Positions 30,246 to 40,864 of a stretch of DNA of 64,000 nucleotides are shown one piece after another. The position numbers and the translations under genes were made by a program. The notes beneath the pieces were generated by a model. It was given only the letters and a program-made list of their open reading frames with translations. It had not been told where the DNA came from and did not search any database. The first letter of the stretch is position 1. Each line of letters starts with the position of its first letter. The DNA comes from Gemmatimonadota bacterium (lineage in GTDB: Bacteria; Gemmatimonadota; Gemmatimonadetes; Longimicrobiales; Gaopeijiaceae), in assembly GCA_034521595.1 (NCBI GenBank), contig JAXHMG010000003.1:2592001-2656000 (forward strand), in the 5' to 3' direction.

Positions 30246-32093
30246 CTACGCGTGTTGCAGCGCCTTCTTCCCGGCCTTCTTCCTCTGGTTCGTGTCGAGA
30301 ATCCGCTTGCGCAACCGGATCGCGTCCGGAGTTACCTCGATGAGCTCGTCGCCCTCGATGAATTCGAGCGCGAGCTCCAACGTGATCCGGCGCGGGGGCT
30401 CCAGCTTGATGTTCTCGTCCGACGACGTGGTACGCATGTTCGTGAGCTTCTTCTCCTTGCTCACGTTCACCTCCATATCGTCCTGACGCACGTTCTCTCC
30501 GACGATCATTCCGCCGTAGGTGTCCTCGCCCGGCGAGACGAAGAGGGTCGCGCGCTCCTGCAGGTTGAAGAGCGCGAAGCCGACCGCCTTGCCGGCGCGG
30601 TCCGCGACCAGGACGCCACGCCCGCGCCCACGGACGGGACCGGCCCACGGTCCCCACGAGTCGAACTGATGGTGGAGGATGCCCTCCCCTCGGGTATCGG
30701 TCATGAACTCCGAACGGTAGCCGAAGAGGCCGCGAGCAGGGATCTTGAACCGGAGCCGCGTGGTCCCCGAGTCACCCATCGGACGCATGTCGGTCATTTC
30801 ACCCTTCCTGCCACCGAGCTTCTCGATGACCGTCCCCGTAAGATCCTCCGGCACCTCGGCCACGACTTCTTCATAGGGCTCCTGCACGCCGTCGCCTTCC
30901 TTCCTGGTGACCACGCGCGGGCGGGAGACCTGGAACTCGTAGCCTTCGCGCCGCATGGTCTCCATGAGGATGGTGAGGTGCAACTCACCCCGACCGCTCA
31001 CCGTGAATGTATCCGGTTGCTCCGTGTCCTCCACACGCAACGCGACGTTGCGCTCCAACTCCTTGTAGAGGCGGTCACGCACTTGTCGGGTCGTGACGAA
31101 CTTCCCCGCCCGTCCCGCGAACGGAGAGTTGTTGACCGTGAAGTCCACCGACAGCGTCGGCTCTTCGACGGCGATGCCCTTCAGGCGCTCACGCCGTTCC
31201 GGGTGCGTGAGGGTCTTGCCGATCTCGACGCCCTCGATCCCCGCGAGGGCGATGATGTCCCCTGCGCCCACCTCGTCGACTTCGATCTTGTCGAGCCCCG
31301 AGAACGTGTAGAGCTTGGTCACCCGCGCGTCCTCGTACTCCGCATCGTCGCGGACGAGGCCCGGCTCACCGAGATCGAGCAGCGAGATGCGGTCCCCGAC
31401 CCGGACCTTCCCCCTCTCGACCCGTCCGATGGCGATCCGCCCCAGGTACGTGGAGTAGTCGAGCGTGGAGATGAGCATCTGAAAGGGCCCGTCGAAATCC
31501 ACCCTCGGCGCCGACACGTTTTCCACGATCGCGTCGAAGAGCGGTGACAGATCCCCGCCCGACGCCGCCGGGTCCTTCGAAGCCCAACCGTCCCGACCCA
31601 CCGCGTAGAGGAAAGCAGCGTCGAGCTGAGCATCGCTCGCCTCGAGATCCATGAACAGCTCGAGCACCTCGTCGTGCACCTCGTGAGGACGGGCGTCGCC
31701 CCGGTCCACCTTATTGATGACGATGATCGGCTGGAGGCCGAGATCGAGAGCCTTCCGCGTGACGAATCGGGTCTGGGGCATGGGCCCTTCCGCCGCGTCG
31801 ACCAGGAGCACGACCCCGTCGACCATGCTGAGAATCCGCTCGACCTCCCCTCCGAAGTCGGCGTGCCCCGGAGTATCGACGATGTTGATCTTGACCCCGT
31901 TCCACTCCACCGCGGTGTTCTTCGACAGAATGGTGATGCCCCGCTCGCGCTCGAGCGGATTCGAGTCCATGATGCGCTCTTCCACGGCTTGGTTTTCCCG
32001 GAAGATCCCGGAGCGGCGGAACATCTGGTCGACGAGCGTGGTCTTGCCGTGATCGACGTGCGCGATGATCGCGATGTTGCGAATGGAGGCCAT
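30246..32093 (-). CDS. typA: Translational GTPase TypA/BipA
   Basis: [51 protein letters not shown]. Confidence 0.98.
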   Translation of the reverse strand: MASIRNIAIIAHVDHGKTTLVDQMFRRSGIFRENQAVEERIMDSNPLERERGITILSKNTAVEWNGVKINIVDTPGHADFGGEVERILSMVDGVVLLVDAAEGPMPQTRFVTRKALDLGLQPIIVINKVDRGDARPHEVHDEVLELFMDLEASDAQLDAAFLYAVGRDGWASKDPAASGGDLSPLFDAIVENVSAPRVDFDGPFQMLISTLDYSTYLGRIAIGRVERGKVRVGDRISLLDLGEPGLVRDDAEYEDARVTKLYTFSGLDKIEVDEVGAGDIIALAGIEGVEIGKTLTHPERRERLKGIAVEEPTLSVDFTVNNSPFAGRAGKFVTTRQVRDRLYKELERNVALRVEDTEQPDTFTVSGRGELHLTILMETMRREGYEFQVSRPRVVTRKEGDGVQEPYEEVVAEVPEDLTGTVIEKLGGRKGEMTDMRPMGDSGTTRLRFKIPARGLFGYRSEFMTDTRGEGILHHQFDSWGPWAGPVRGRGRGVLVADRAGKAVGFALFNLQERATLFVSPGEDTYGGMIVGENVRQDDMEVNVSKEKKLTNMRTTSSDENIKLEPPRRITLELALEFIEGDELIEVTPDAIRLRKRILDTNQRKKAGKKALQHA

Positions 32094-32248
32094 AGAGGAA
32101 AACGCCGTGAAGGCGCGGACAAGGCGAATCGATGATCCTGCGGAGCATTAAAAGTTAATGCATTCGTCCGCGGACGTCGCCTCCGTCCACACCTGAATGC
32201 CCGGCCGGGCGCAGCGGGCCGCCGGAACGGGGACGGCGGCGCCCGACG

Positions 32249-33325
32249 TCATCGCTCCGTGGCGCGTCGCCCCAATCGGAACGAGGAGAGGAATCCGTCG
32301 AGTGTCTCCTGAAAATCCTCGCGGGCGGGATCGTTCGCGCTCGGACGGGCGAACGCCTCCACCACGAAGGCCAAGACCGTACCTCCCATGGCGCCGAGCA
32401 CGAGTCCCAGCGCGAGGAAGAGCTTGAGCCGACGGTCGTCCGGGCCCGGAGGCATGAACGGAGGCTGGAGGACGGTCATCACCGGTGTGTCACGCACTTC
32501 CGATATCCGCGCCTGCTCGAACGACTGAACGAGAGTGGTAAACACCTGTTGCCGTAGAGACACGGTCCGTTGGAGGCGCTCGTACTCGAACTGGAGCTCC
32601 GGAGATGCCTCGAACTGCCGGTTCGACTGGAGGAACCGCTGTAGCTCGTCCTCGGCCTCCTGAAGGTCCTCACGGGCATTCTCGACGCGGGATTCGATGA
32701 AGCTCCGTTCCTCGGCGGCTTGCGACCGACGCGTCTCGAGGTTGAACCGGCTCACCTCGGCCAACAGGCGCTCGGCGATCTGGCGGGACAGCTCCGGCCA
32801 CTCGGTAGTCACCTCGAGCGTGACGATGCCGGTCTCCGTGCCCGTCTGCACCGAAGTCGCCGACTCGCGCAACCATCCGATGACCGCCTTGACCCTGAGG
32901 TCTTCCGTATCCTTCTCGACTTCGAGAAGGTCGGCGAGCGACGTCGGCGCGCCTTCGACCTCGTATTCGCCGGTCGCGACCCGCAACAGGATCTCTCTCG
33001 AGGTCAGCAGCTCCGCGTAGAATGCGGGGCTCAGCTCACCACCCGCCCCGCCGACATTGACTCCGAACTGGTTCGCGAGAGAGGCGAGTTGCGACTGGGT
33101 GGCTTCCGCGCCCTGAGGACGGAAGGACGCCGCGGTCGTGAAGGACGGCGCTCGGAGCAGCGCGAACGCGACGGCCAGCGCACCCAGCACGAGGGTGGTG
33201 AGCACGATGACCCGGCGCCGCCGGAGCAGAACGGCGAGCACTTCCCAGAGCGAGATCTCGTCATCCGGAACGCTCCCTGGCTGCGCGGTCGTGCTCGACG
33301 CCGCCGGTGTCTGATCGCTCGTCAT
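32249..33325 (-). CDS. Wzz/GumC-like polysaccharide chain-length determinant
   Basis: DEISLWE..AVL.RRR, two terminal TM helices, central coiled coil, Pro-rich segment before TM2. Confidence 0.85.
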   Translation of the reverse strand: MTSDQTPAASSTTAQPGSVPDDEISLWEVLAVLLRRRRVIVLTTLVLGALAVAFALLRAPSFTTAASFRPQGAEATQSQLASLANQFGVNVGGAGGELSPAFYAELLTSREILLRVATGEYEVEGAPTSLADLLEVEKDTEDLRVKAVIGWLRESATSVQTGTETGIVTLEVTTEWPELSRQIAERLLAEVSRFNLETRRSQAAEERSFIESRVENAREDLQEAEDELQRFLQSNRQFEASPELQFEYERLQRTVSLRQQVFTTLVQSFEQARISEVRDTPVMTVLQPPFMPPGPDDRRLKLFLALGLVLGAMGGTVLAFVVEAFARPSANDPAREDFQETLDGFLSSFRLGRRATER

Positions 33326-33461
33326 CCTCGCTCCCTCGGAACCGTCTCTCGCGTGGCCCTCCGGCCACCTCGGACTCGCGACGGATTATCGCGCCCGCCG
33401 CTGCGGCCAGCAACCCGCTTCCGGCGTCGCGACGGAGCGTTGGGTGGCGCGCCGGATGCGG

Positions 33462-35831
33462 TCAGAACGGCAGGAAAACCGGGGTGACGAGGATCGTCAG
33501 GACGAGCACCAGCACGGTCATCGGAATGCCGAGGCGAAGGTAGTCTCCCATGCGGTACCCGGCGGGCGTCATGACGAGCGCGTGGGCCGGTTGCGACACG
33601 GGCGAAGCGAGGGAGGTCGCGGCGATCGCCGCCGCCATGACCAGCGGATAGGGAGAGACGTCGAGGTGGGTCGCGGCGTTGATGGCCACGGGCGCCATCA
33701 GCACGATCACCGCGGAGCCGGGCATGATTTGTCCGCCCACGCCCGTCGCCACCACGAGGAAAGCGAGCACGGCGTGAGGGCTCAGCGTCCCGGTGGCTCG
33801 CAGCATCATCTCGCCGAACAGCGCGACCGCACCGGTCTCCTCGAGCGCCGCGCCGAGCGAGAGCATCCCGGCCACGAGCACGAGCGTCGGCCAGTCCACC
33901 GCCCGGTACGCCTGATCCGCGGAGAGGCAACCGCTCAGGATCATCAGCACGGCCCCCGTGATCACCCCCACCGCCACCGGGACCCAACCCAGCATGACGG
34001 GCGCGAGCGCGACGACGGTCACCGCGATGGAGCGAGCGGCCAGGGGAGCCCGAGGAGCGGCCTCTTCGGGCGCTTGCAGGAGGATGAGGTCCGGTTCGTT
34101 CGCGAGCGCCCGCTGACGGCGGTGTGGTCCGTAGAGCAGAAGGGCGTCTCCGAACTGAAGCGCTTCGTCCCTGAGGTTGGTCTCCACCACGCCGCTCTCC
34201 CGGACGATCGCCACCACGTGCATGCCGAAACGTCCCTGGAAGCTCACCTGACGCAACGTCCGGCCGATCAGCTCGCTCCGGGGCGCCAGGACGGCCTCGG
34301 CGAAACCCACGTCGTCCCCCTCCAGCACGCTCGGATCGACCGGGGAGTCCAGATCGATGAGGAGCCGCTGGAGAGCACGCAGCACCACCATGTCACGCAC
34401 GCTGGCCTTGACCAGCAACTCGTCACCCGCACGGAAGACCTCGTCCGGATCGGGGAGCGGTCGAACCCGGGTGTCGCCGTCCTCGCCGTCCCGGCCGACC
34501 GCCACCACCATGAAGCCGACCGCGTCCCCCAGGCGGGAGTCCCGGAGCGTGCGTCCGACCAGCGCAGAGTCCTCCGTCACCCGGAGCGACCAGAGGCGAT
34601 CTTCCAGGTCGAACGCGCGCACCGCCTCCCCCGCCTCCATCGGTTCGACGGCCTCCAGATCGTGGCGCTCCACGAGTCCCTGGGCCGCGTCGCGGGGCGC
34701 CTGGATGAGAAGCTCGTCTCCGGCTCGCATGTCCGCGTCCAGGAACCGCGTCCGACGCTGCAGCCCCGGCGCCCGCCTCAGTGCCAAGATCACGATCCCT
34801 TCCCGGGAGTTGAGATCCAGGTCACTCGCGCTCTTGCCGACGAATCGGGAGCGTTCGGGCACGCGAGCGCGCACTAGCTCGACGGTGTCGGATCGCAACC
34901 ATGCGGCCGGCGCCGCTTCGGAGATCGAAACGAGGTGTCGCCGACCGCGCACCTCCAGCAGATGGTCGGGACTTCCCTGCACCAGAACGCGGTCCCCTCC
35001 CTTCAGCACGGCGTCCGGGCCGGGAGCGCGACGGATGCGATCGCCCCGTTGAATGGCCAGCACGTGCAAGCCCAGAGCCGAATCGATGAGGCTTTCCGCC
35101 AACGTCTTGCCGTCGAGCGCGGACCGGGCCGGCACTTCGATATAGAAGAGGCGGGACCGGAGGTCGACATCCTCCCGGATGCCCGACCGGTCGACCTCCA
35201 CACGTCCCGTGAGGGGCGTGCGGCTCGGGAGGAGACGAGGCCCGGCGACCGCGATGAGCACGGTCCCGGCCACGAGCAGGATCATCCCGATCGGTGTGAA
35301 CGTGAAGAGGCCGAACGGTTCCAGGCCGGCGTCGGCGAGGGACGCCGCGGCGAGGAGGTTCGGCGCGGTCCCGATGAGCGTCGTGAACCCCCCGAGCTGG
35401 GCCCCGAGAGCCATCGGAATGAGGAGCTTCGACGGCGCGATATCGGTGCGCTTCGCGATCCCCAAGGCGACCGGAAGCATCATGGCCGCCACTCCGACGT
35501 TGTTCATCACGCCGGAGACGGCACCCGAGACGAGCGTGACGCCGACGACGATCCGCCCCTCGGCAGCCCCGGCCCATCGAAGCACCAGCCGCCCCACCAG
35601 ACGCGCCACTCCGGTGCGGGACAACCCGGCCGAAACCACGAACATGCCGCCGACGGCGATGACCGCGGGGCTCGCGAACCCCGCGATCGCCCGCTCGGGG
35701 GACACGAGCCCCAGAAGGGACACCGTGACCATCACGATGAGCGCCACGAGGTCCATGCGGACACGACGTGACGCCAGCACCGCGACGGTGCCGGCGAGCA
35801 CGCACAGGACGAGGACGATGTCGGTGGACAT
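33462..35831 (-). CDS. SLC13/CitMHS-type permease with multiple TrkA-C domains
   Basis: SGVMNN, TLIGTAPNL, repeated S.L.GKTL TrkA-C motifs, GYRMGDYLRLG. Confidence 0.9.
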   Translation of the reverse strand: MSTDIVLVLCVLAGTVAVLASRRVRMDLVALIVMVTVSLLGLVSPERAIAGFASPAVIAVGGMFVVSAGLSRTGVARLVGRLVLRWAGAAEGRIVVGVTLVSGAVSGVMNNVGVAAMMLPVALGIAKRTDIAPSKLLIPMALGAQLGGFTTLIGTAPNLLAAASLADAGLEPFGLFTFTPIGMILLVAGTVLIAVAGPRLLPSRTPLTGRVEVDRSGIREDVDLRSRLFYIEVPARSALDGKTLAESLIDSALGLHVLAIQRGDRIRRAPGPDAVLKGGDRVLVQGSPDHLLEVRGRRHLVSISEAAPAAWLRSDTVELVRARVPERSRFVGKSASDLDLNSREGIVILALRRAPGLQRRTRFLDADMRAGDELLIQAPRDAAQGLVERHDLEAVEPMEAGEAVRAFDLEDRLWSLRVTEDSALVGRTLRDSRLGDAVGFMVVAVGRDGEDGDTRVRPLPDPDEVFRAGDELLVKASVRDMVVLRALQRLLIDLDSPVDPSVLEGDDVGFAEAVLAPRSELIGRTLRQVSFQGRFGMHVVAIVRESGVVETNLRDEALQFGDALLLYGPHRRQRALANEPDLILLQAPEEAAPRAPLAARSIAVTVVALAPVMLGWVPVAVGVITGAVLMILSGCLSADQAYRAVDWPTLVLVAGMLSLGAALEETGAVALFGEMMLRATGTLSPHAVLAFLVVATGVGGQIMPGSAVIVLMAPVAINAATHLDVSPYPLVMAAAIAATSLASPVSQPAHALVMTPAGYRMGDYLRLGIPMTVLVLVLTILVTPVFLPF

Positions 35832-36010
35832 GGAACGTTCCGGAGGAGAGTCGGCACAAGTTCGAAGCAAGAGGCGGAGCGCGCCATGTCATCCGTCCAT
35901 GCGGGCGTCCACCGCCGCGCCATGGCGCGGAGGCCCCGTGCTTCATATCGTCAACATGTCGGCATCCCGCACGACCCGTACTCCGGGGAGGTGAGCCGGC
36001 CGGAGGGCGC

Positions 36011-36865
36011 ATGAAGTTCCGCAGCTGTATCTGGATGACATGGTCGCTGGCCCTCCTCGGGTCAGGAGCAGCGGCCGCTCAGAATTCGTCGTCGGACACC
36101 GTTCCGTCCGACGGGGAAGGCGTGCGCGTGATCGGCAGAGTGACCGACCGGAGCACCCAGCGTCCTCTTCCCTCGGCCTCCGTCCGCTTGATCGACGTGG
36201 AAGACGACGAGCGCTTGGCGTGGGAGGGAGCTTCGGATTCCACGGGCACGTTCCGCGGGCCCCGCGTGCGCCCGTCCACGTACCGAGTGCGGGTGGAGGC
36301 ACTGGGCTACGGCGAGCTCGTGCAATCCGTGCCACTCTCGGGTTACGGCACGGTCGAGCTGATGGTCGAGCTCAGCCCGAGCGCGCTCGAGCTCGATCCC
36401 CTCGTGGTCGTTTCCCGGCGCCGCTCACGCCTGGAAAGCGCCGGGTTCTACGACCGCCGGCGACGCGGCTTCGGACACACGCTGAACCGCCGGGAGATCG
36501 AAGACCGCCACCCGTCCACCGTCACCGATCTCGTGCGAGCCATGCCCGGCGTGAGCGTAGCGCCGGGAGGGCTCGGAACCGGAGGGATCATCCGGATGCG
36601 CGGCGGCTGCATTCCCGACGTCATCCTGGACGGCGCGAGGTTGTCCGGGCCGGTCCGCCTGGATAACCTGCTCTCGGTTTCCGACCTGGAAGGCTTGGAG
36701 GTCTACAGCGGCTCCACCACACCGGCCCAGTACTCCACATCCTCCTGCGGCACCGTCCTGGCCTGGACTCGCGATCCGGGCTCCACGGATGGCCGTCCGT
36801 GGAGCTGGAAGAGGGCCGGAGCCGCCGCCGGCTTCATCCTCCTGAGCATCCTGCTCACGAGCTGA
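36011..36865 (+). CDS. Carboxypeptidase-regulatory-like + TonB plug-like domain protein with C-terminal TM
   Basis: Signal peptide; GRVTD...PL..A.V, ALGY, LDPLVV, GFYDRR, GLEVY...CGTVLAWT. Confidence 0.8.
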   Translation: MKFRSCIWMTWSLALLGSGAAAAQNSSSDTVPSDGEGVRVIGRVTDRSTQRPLPSASVRLIDVEDDERLAWEGASDSTGTFRGPRVRPSTYRVRVEALGYGELVQSVPLSGYGTVELMVELSPSALELDPLVVVSRRRSRLESAGFYDRRRRGFGHTLNRREIEDRHPSTVTDLVRAMPGVSVAPGGLGTGGIIRMRGGCIPDVILDGARLSGPVRLDNLLSVSDLEGLEVYSGSTTPAQYSTSSCGTVLAWTRDPGSTDGRPWSWKRAGAAAGFILLSILLTS

Positions 36866-36896
36866 CACCGCTCGACCCTTCTCACCGCCCTATACG

Positions 36897-37199
36897 ATGA
36901 AGCACTACCTACTGTTCTACGAAGTCGTCGAAGATCACGCCGAGCGTCGCAAGCCGCACCGGACTTTGCACCTGCAGCGCGCGTGGGAAGCGCACGAACG
37001 GGGTGAGCTCGTGCTCGGCGGCGCACTCACGGAAGGCGCGGCGGGAGCCGCCTTGCTGTTCCGTGGAGAGTCCCCGCGCGTGGCCGAAGCCTTCGCCGAA
37101 GGGGATCCCTACGTGACCGAAGGGCTCGTCACCCGCTGGTGGGTGACCGAATGGGTGACCGTCGTCGGCGACCAGGCGGCCAACCCCGTCCGTCCCTGA
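36897..37199 (+). CDS. YciI-like protein
   Basis: R.PHR..HL, GELVLGGAL, DPYVTEGLV..W.V.EW. Confidence 0.9.
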   Translation: MKHYLLFYEVVEDHAERRKPHRTLHLQRAWEAHERGELVLGGALTEGAAGAALLFRGESPRVAEAFAEGDPYVTEGLVTRWWVTEWVTVVGDQAANPVRP

Positions 37200-37220
37200 G
37201 CGGAGGGGAAGCCTCTCCGC
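37200..37220. terminator. Hairpin between convergent YciI-like and DHS-like genes
   Basis: GCGGAGGGG-AAG-CCTCTCCGC. Confidence 0.5.
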
Positions 37221-37232
37221 ATCCCGGACGGC

Positions 37233-38207
37233 TCAGTCCCCCAAGACGTACGCACAGACGAGGGGAGCCACGATCGCCGCGTCCGAGTTGATCTCGAAGC
37301 GTGGGGTCTCAACCGCGAGCTTGCCCCACGTGATCTTCTCGTTGGCGGGTGCTCCCGAGTACCCTCCATACGAGGGCTGCGCATCCGTGATCTGGCAGAA
37401 GTAGCCCCAGTAAGGCACCTCTCGCTTCAGATCCTGGATGATGCAGGGCACCGAGCAGATCGCGAAGTCCCCCGCGATGCCTCCACCGAGTTGGAAGAAA
37501 CCGACGGAGGGGTGGGCTCCGGCGCCGTGGTTCTTCTCGTACCACTCGATGAGCATCTGGAACTGCTCGGTCCCGGACTTCACGACCTGGTGGGTGGGGA
37601 TCCTTCCCCGCATGACGTTGGCCGCGAAGATGTTGCCCGTCGTCGAGTCCTCCCACCCGGGTGCGAAGACGGGGATCCCCGCCTCCTTGGCGGCCACGAG
37701 CCACGAGTTCCGAGGATCGATCTGGTAGTGCTCCCACAAGGTCGGATCGTCGAGGAGCTCGAAGAGAAATTCCGCCGGGGTCTTCCGCGCCCCCTCCTCG
37801 GCAGCACGCCGCCAACAGGAGACCAGCCGCTCTTCGATCTGTCGCATCACCGTCTCCGGGATACACGTGTCGGTGACCCGGTTCATGCCGCGTTCGTACA
37901 ACGCCTCCTCGTCCGCCGCCGAAAGCTCACGCCACGAGGGGATGATCTCGTACTCGTCGTGCGCGACCAGGTTGAACAGATCCTCCTCGAGATTCGCGCC
38001 GGTACAGGAGATCGCGTGCACTTTCCCTTCACGGATCATCCGCGCGAGAATGATTCCGAACTCGCCGGTCGACATCGCGCCCGCCATCGTCACGAGCATC
38101 TTGCCGCCGCCGTCGACATGCGCTTCGTACGCCTTTGCGGCGTCCACCACCTCCCTGGCGTTGAAGTGTAGGTAGTGGCGCTCCATGAAGTTCCGAACCT
38201 GACCCAC
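37233..38207 (-). CDS. Deoxyhypusine synthase family protein
   Basis: HFNA, AGAMST, CTGANLEED, GGGIAGDF, SYGGYSGAPANEKITWGKL, SDAAIVAP. Confidence 0.92.
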   Translation of the reverse strand: MGQVRNFMERHYLHFNAREVVDAAKAYEAHVDGGGKMLVTMAGAMSTGEFGIILARMIREGKVHAISCTGANLEEDLFNLVAHDEYEIIPSWRELSAADEEALYERGMNRVTDTCIPETVMRQIEERLVSCWRRAAEEGARKTPAEFLFELLDDPTLWEHYQIDPRNSWLVAAKEAGIPVFAPGWEDSTTGNIFAANVMRGRIPTHQVVKSGTEQFQMLIEWYEKNHGAGAHPSVGFFQLGGGIAGDFAICSVPCIIQDLKREVPYWGYFCQITDAQPSYGGYSGAPANEKITWGKLAVETPRFEINSDAAIVAPLVCAYVLGD

Positions 38208-38336
38208 GCTGATTCCCTCCCGTGTTGACCTGGCAAGACCCGAGAACCCCAATGTTAAGAGATCGCACTCGCGAAGGCGACGCGAGTGCACCGTCCCGCC
38301 CCTGTCGTGACGAGCCACTCGGGTTATCATCCGCTC

Positions 38337-39113
38337 ATGATCTCTCCCACGTCACTGAACCGGTCGATCGTGCTGACCGTGGACGGCCATGTCGCCCGGA
38401 TCACGCTCAATCGGCCCGACCGACACAACGCGCTCGAATCCGAAGACATCCAAGCCTTCCGGTCCGCGTTGGCCACCGTCTCCGACGATGACGGAATCCG
38501 AGCTCTGGTGGTGACCGGAGCGGGATCGAGCACGTTTTGCGCGGGCGCTTCGCTCAAGCAGCTCAACACGGGCGAGATGAGCGGAGCCGTCTTCGACACC
38601 CTGACCGACGACCTCGCCTCCCTGCGCGTGCCGACCGTGTGCGCCGTGAACGGTGGTGCGTACGGAGGAGGTGCGGAAATCGCGCTCTGCTGCGACTTCC
38701 GGATCGGCGTCACGACCGCCCGGCTCTCGGTACCGGCGGCCCGCCTCGGGATCTGTTACCCCATCGGCGGGCTCGAGCGGTACGTGCAGCGCCTCGGGCT
38801 CGACACCGCCCGTCGCCTGCTCGTCGCCAACGAAGAGCTCACCGCGACGGAGATGCTGGAGATCGGCTTCCTGCACCGGGTCGTGGAGCCCGAGGCGCTC
38901 TCGGACGCGACCGACGCGCTGGCGGACCGGCTCGCGAGCTTGGCCCCCCTGGCGGTCCAGGGGATGAAGCGCATCCTCGGAGAGATCGCCTCCGGGACGC
39001 TGGACGAGGAGGGCGCCCGGGAGACCGTGGAGCGCTGCATGGCTTCCCAGGACCTCCAGGAGGGTCTCCGCGCCCAGCGGGCCGGCGAGGACCCGCGCTT
39101 CCAAGGGCGATGA
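38337..39113 (+). CDS. Enoyl-CoA hydratase/isomerase family
   Basis: ITLNRPDRHNAL, FCAGA, AVNGGAYGGGAEIALCCDFRI, PRFQGR. Confidence 0.93.
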   Translation: MISPTSLNRSIVLTVDGHVARITLNRPDRHNALESEDIQAFRSALATVSDDDGIRALVVTGAGSSTFCAGASLKQLNTGEMSGAVFDTLTDDLASLRVPTVCAVNGGAYGGGAEIALCCDFRIGVTTARLSVPAARLGICYPIGGLERYVQRLGLDTARRLLVANEELTATEMLEIGFLHRVVEPEALSDATDALADRLASLAPLAVQGMKRILGEIASGTLDEEGARETVERCMASQDLQEGLRAQRAGEDPRFQGR

Positions 39114-40864
39114 GCGCACGCGATACCGAAGCGCTGCGCCATCGGCTCGCGCAGATCGACGGGGCGGGGTACAAGCGCTACAAAGAGCTTCGCGGCCGTT
39201 GGCGATTCCCGGACTTCACGCTGCACGTGGACCACGTGCAGGGCGACCCTTACGCCGCCCCCAGTCCGGTCCGCGTGGAGCTCCCCGCGGAGACCTCCGA
39301 GCTGCCGGCCGAAGGCTACGGGACCGAGCCCGGACGTCTCGGAGTCGCGGCCTGGCTCGCCCGGCGCTTCTCGGAGGCCGCGCGGACCGTCCCGACCAGA
39401 GGAAGCGGGCGGAGCGGCGAGGTCCGGATGGAGCATCCCGGGCAGAAGGTCGAGCCGCAGACGGCCGCGCTGTGCCGTCCGGACGGATCCGTGGAAGCTC
39501 GCTTCACGGTGGGGTTACCCGGACGGGGTCGCAGGATCGCGGGGGAGCAGGCGGCGACCCTCCTCCTGGACGTGGTTCCCGAGCTGGTCCGCCGGTGGCT
39601 CGTGTGTCACGAAGAGGACGTGCCGGAGCTGCTCGCCGCGGCCCGAACCAACGAAGACGCTCAGGCGTTGCGGAGGTTTCTCCGGGAGGAAGATCTCGTC
39701 GCGTTCCTCGCGGACGGCGCCATGCTCGCGCGTGCCAGCGGGGTGGAGGACACGCCGCTCGACTCCGACACGGCGGTTCCGTTCGAGAGCCCCGAGAGCC
39801 TACGCGCCACCGTGGATCTCCCCCACGCCGGGCGGATCTCGGGAATGCCCGTGCGGCCGGGAGTGACCGTCATCGTCGGGGGCGGCTTCCACGGAAAGAG
39901 CACGCTCTTGCGAGCGCTCGAAGCCGGCGTGTACAACCACATGCCGCAGGACGGGCGGGAGCGGGTCGTGACCCGGCGCGACGCCGTCAAGATTCGCGCC
40001 GAAGACGGACGCTCCGTCACGGGGGTCGACATCTCGAGCTTCATCGACGGACTCCCGCTCGGACGCCCGACCCACGATTTCACGACCCCCAACGCATCCG
40101 GCTCCACCAGCCAGGCGGCGTCGATCGTGGAGGCGATCGAGTCCGAAGCCCACGTCCTGCTCATCGACGAAGACACGTCGGCCACCAACTTCATGACCCG
40201 AGACCGCAGGATGCAGGAGCTGGTGCCGGGTGCGGGCGAGCCCATCACGCCGTTCGTCGACCGGGTTCGCTCGCTCCATGGGCGGGACGACGTGAGCACC
40301 GTCCTGGTGGTGGGAGGGACCGGGGACTACCTGGACACGGCGGACACGGTCGTGCGCATGGACACCTACCGTCCGTACGATGTGAGCGCGCACGCGAGAG
40401 AGACCGCGCGCCAGCACCCCACGGGGCGGGCGACCGAGGGCGTCGACGCCCCCCTCCGTGCACGTCCGCGCCGGATCCGAACAGCCTCGCTCGACCCCTC
40501 CCGGGGACGGCGTGACACGTATGTCCGTGTGCCCGACGCACGAACGCTCCGGTTCGGCACCGACACCCTCGACCTCGGCGCGGTCGAACAGATCACTTCC
40601 CGCGCGCAGGTCCGCTCCATCGGACTCGCGCTTGCGTTCCTGGCCCGTGTCGACGAACAGGTGCTCGACGTCGCCGAGGCACTGGACCGGGTGGAGGCCC
40701 TCCTCGAACGAGAGGGCCTGGACGGCCTCGACCGCCGCCGTCCCGGTGACCTGGCCTGGTTCCGTCGCTTCGAGCTGGCCGCGGCGCTGAACCGACTCCG
40801 CTCGCTCCGCGTGGGGGAGAACGAGGAGGAAGCCGGCAGCTCGGAGGATGGGACAGGACGGTGA
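39110..40864 (+). CDS. ABC-class ATPase domain protein (ABC_ATPase/MRB1590-like, soluble)
   Basis: DHVQGDPYAAPS, GGGFHGKSTLL, KIRAEDGR, ASGSTSQAA, LLIDEDTSATNFM, EPITPF, AAALNRLR. Confidence 0.9.
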   Translation: MSARDTEALRHRLAQIDGAGYKRYKELRGRWRFPDFTLHVDHVQGDPYAAPSPVRVELPAETSELPAEGYGTEPGRLGVAAWLARRFSEAARTVPTRGSGRSGEVRMEHPGQKVEPQTAALCRPDGSVEARFTVGLPGRGRRIAGEQAATLLLDVVPELVRRWLVCHEEDVPELLAAARTNEDAQALRRFLREEDLVAFLADGAMLARASGVEDTPLDSDTAVPFESPESLRATVDLPHAGRISGMPVRPGVTVIVGGGFHGKSTLLRALEAGVYNHMPQDGRERVVTRRDAVKIRAEDGRSVTGVDISSFIDGLPLGRPTHDFTTPNASGSTSQAASIVEAIESEAHVLLIDEDTSATNFMTRDRRMQELVPGAGEPITPFVDRVRSLHGRDDVSTVLVVGGTGDYLDTADTVVRMDTYRPYDVSAHARETARQHPTGRATEGVDAPLRARPRRIRTASLDPSRGRRDTYVRVPDARTLRFGTDTLDLGAVEQITSRAQVRSIGLALAFLARVDEQVLDVAEALDRVEALLEREGLDGLDRRRPGDLAWFRRFELAAALNRLRSLRVGENEEEAGSSEDGTGR

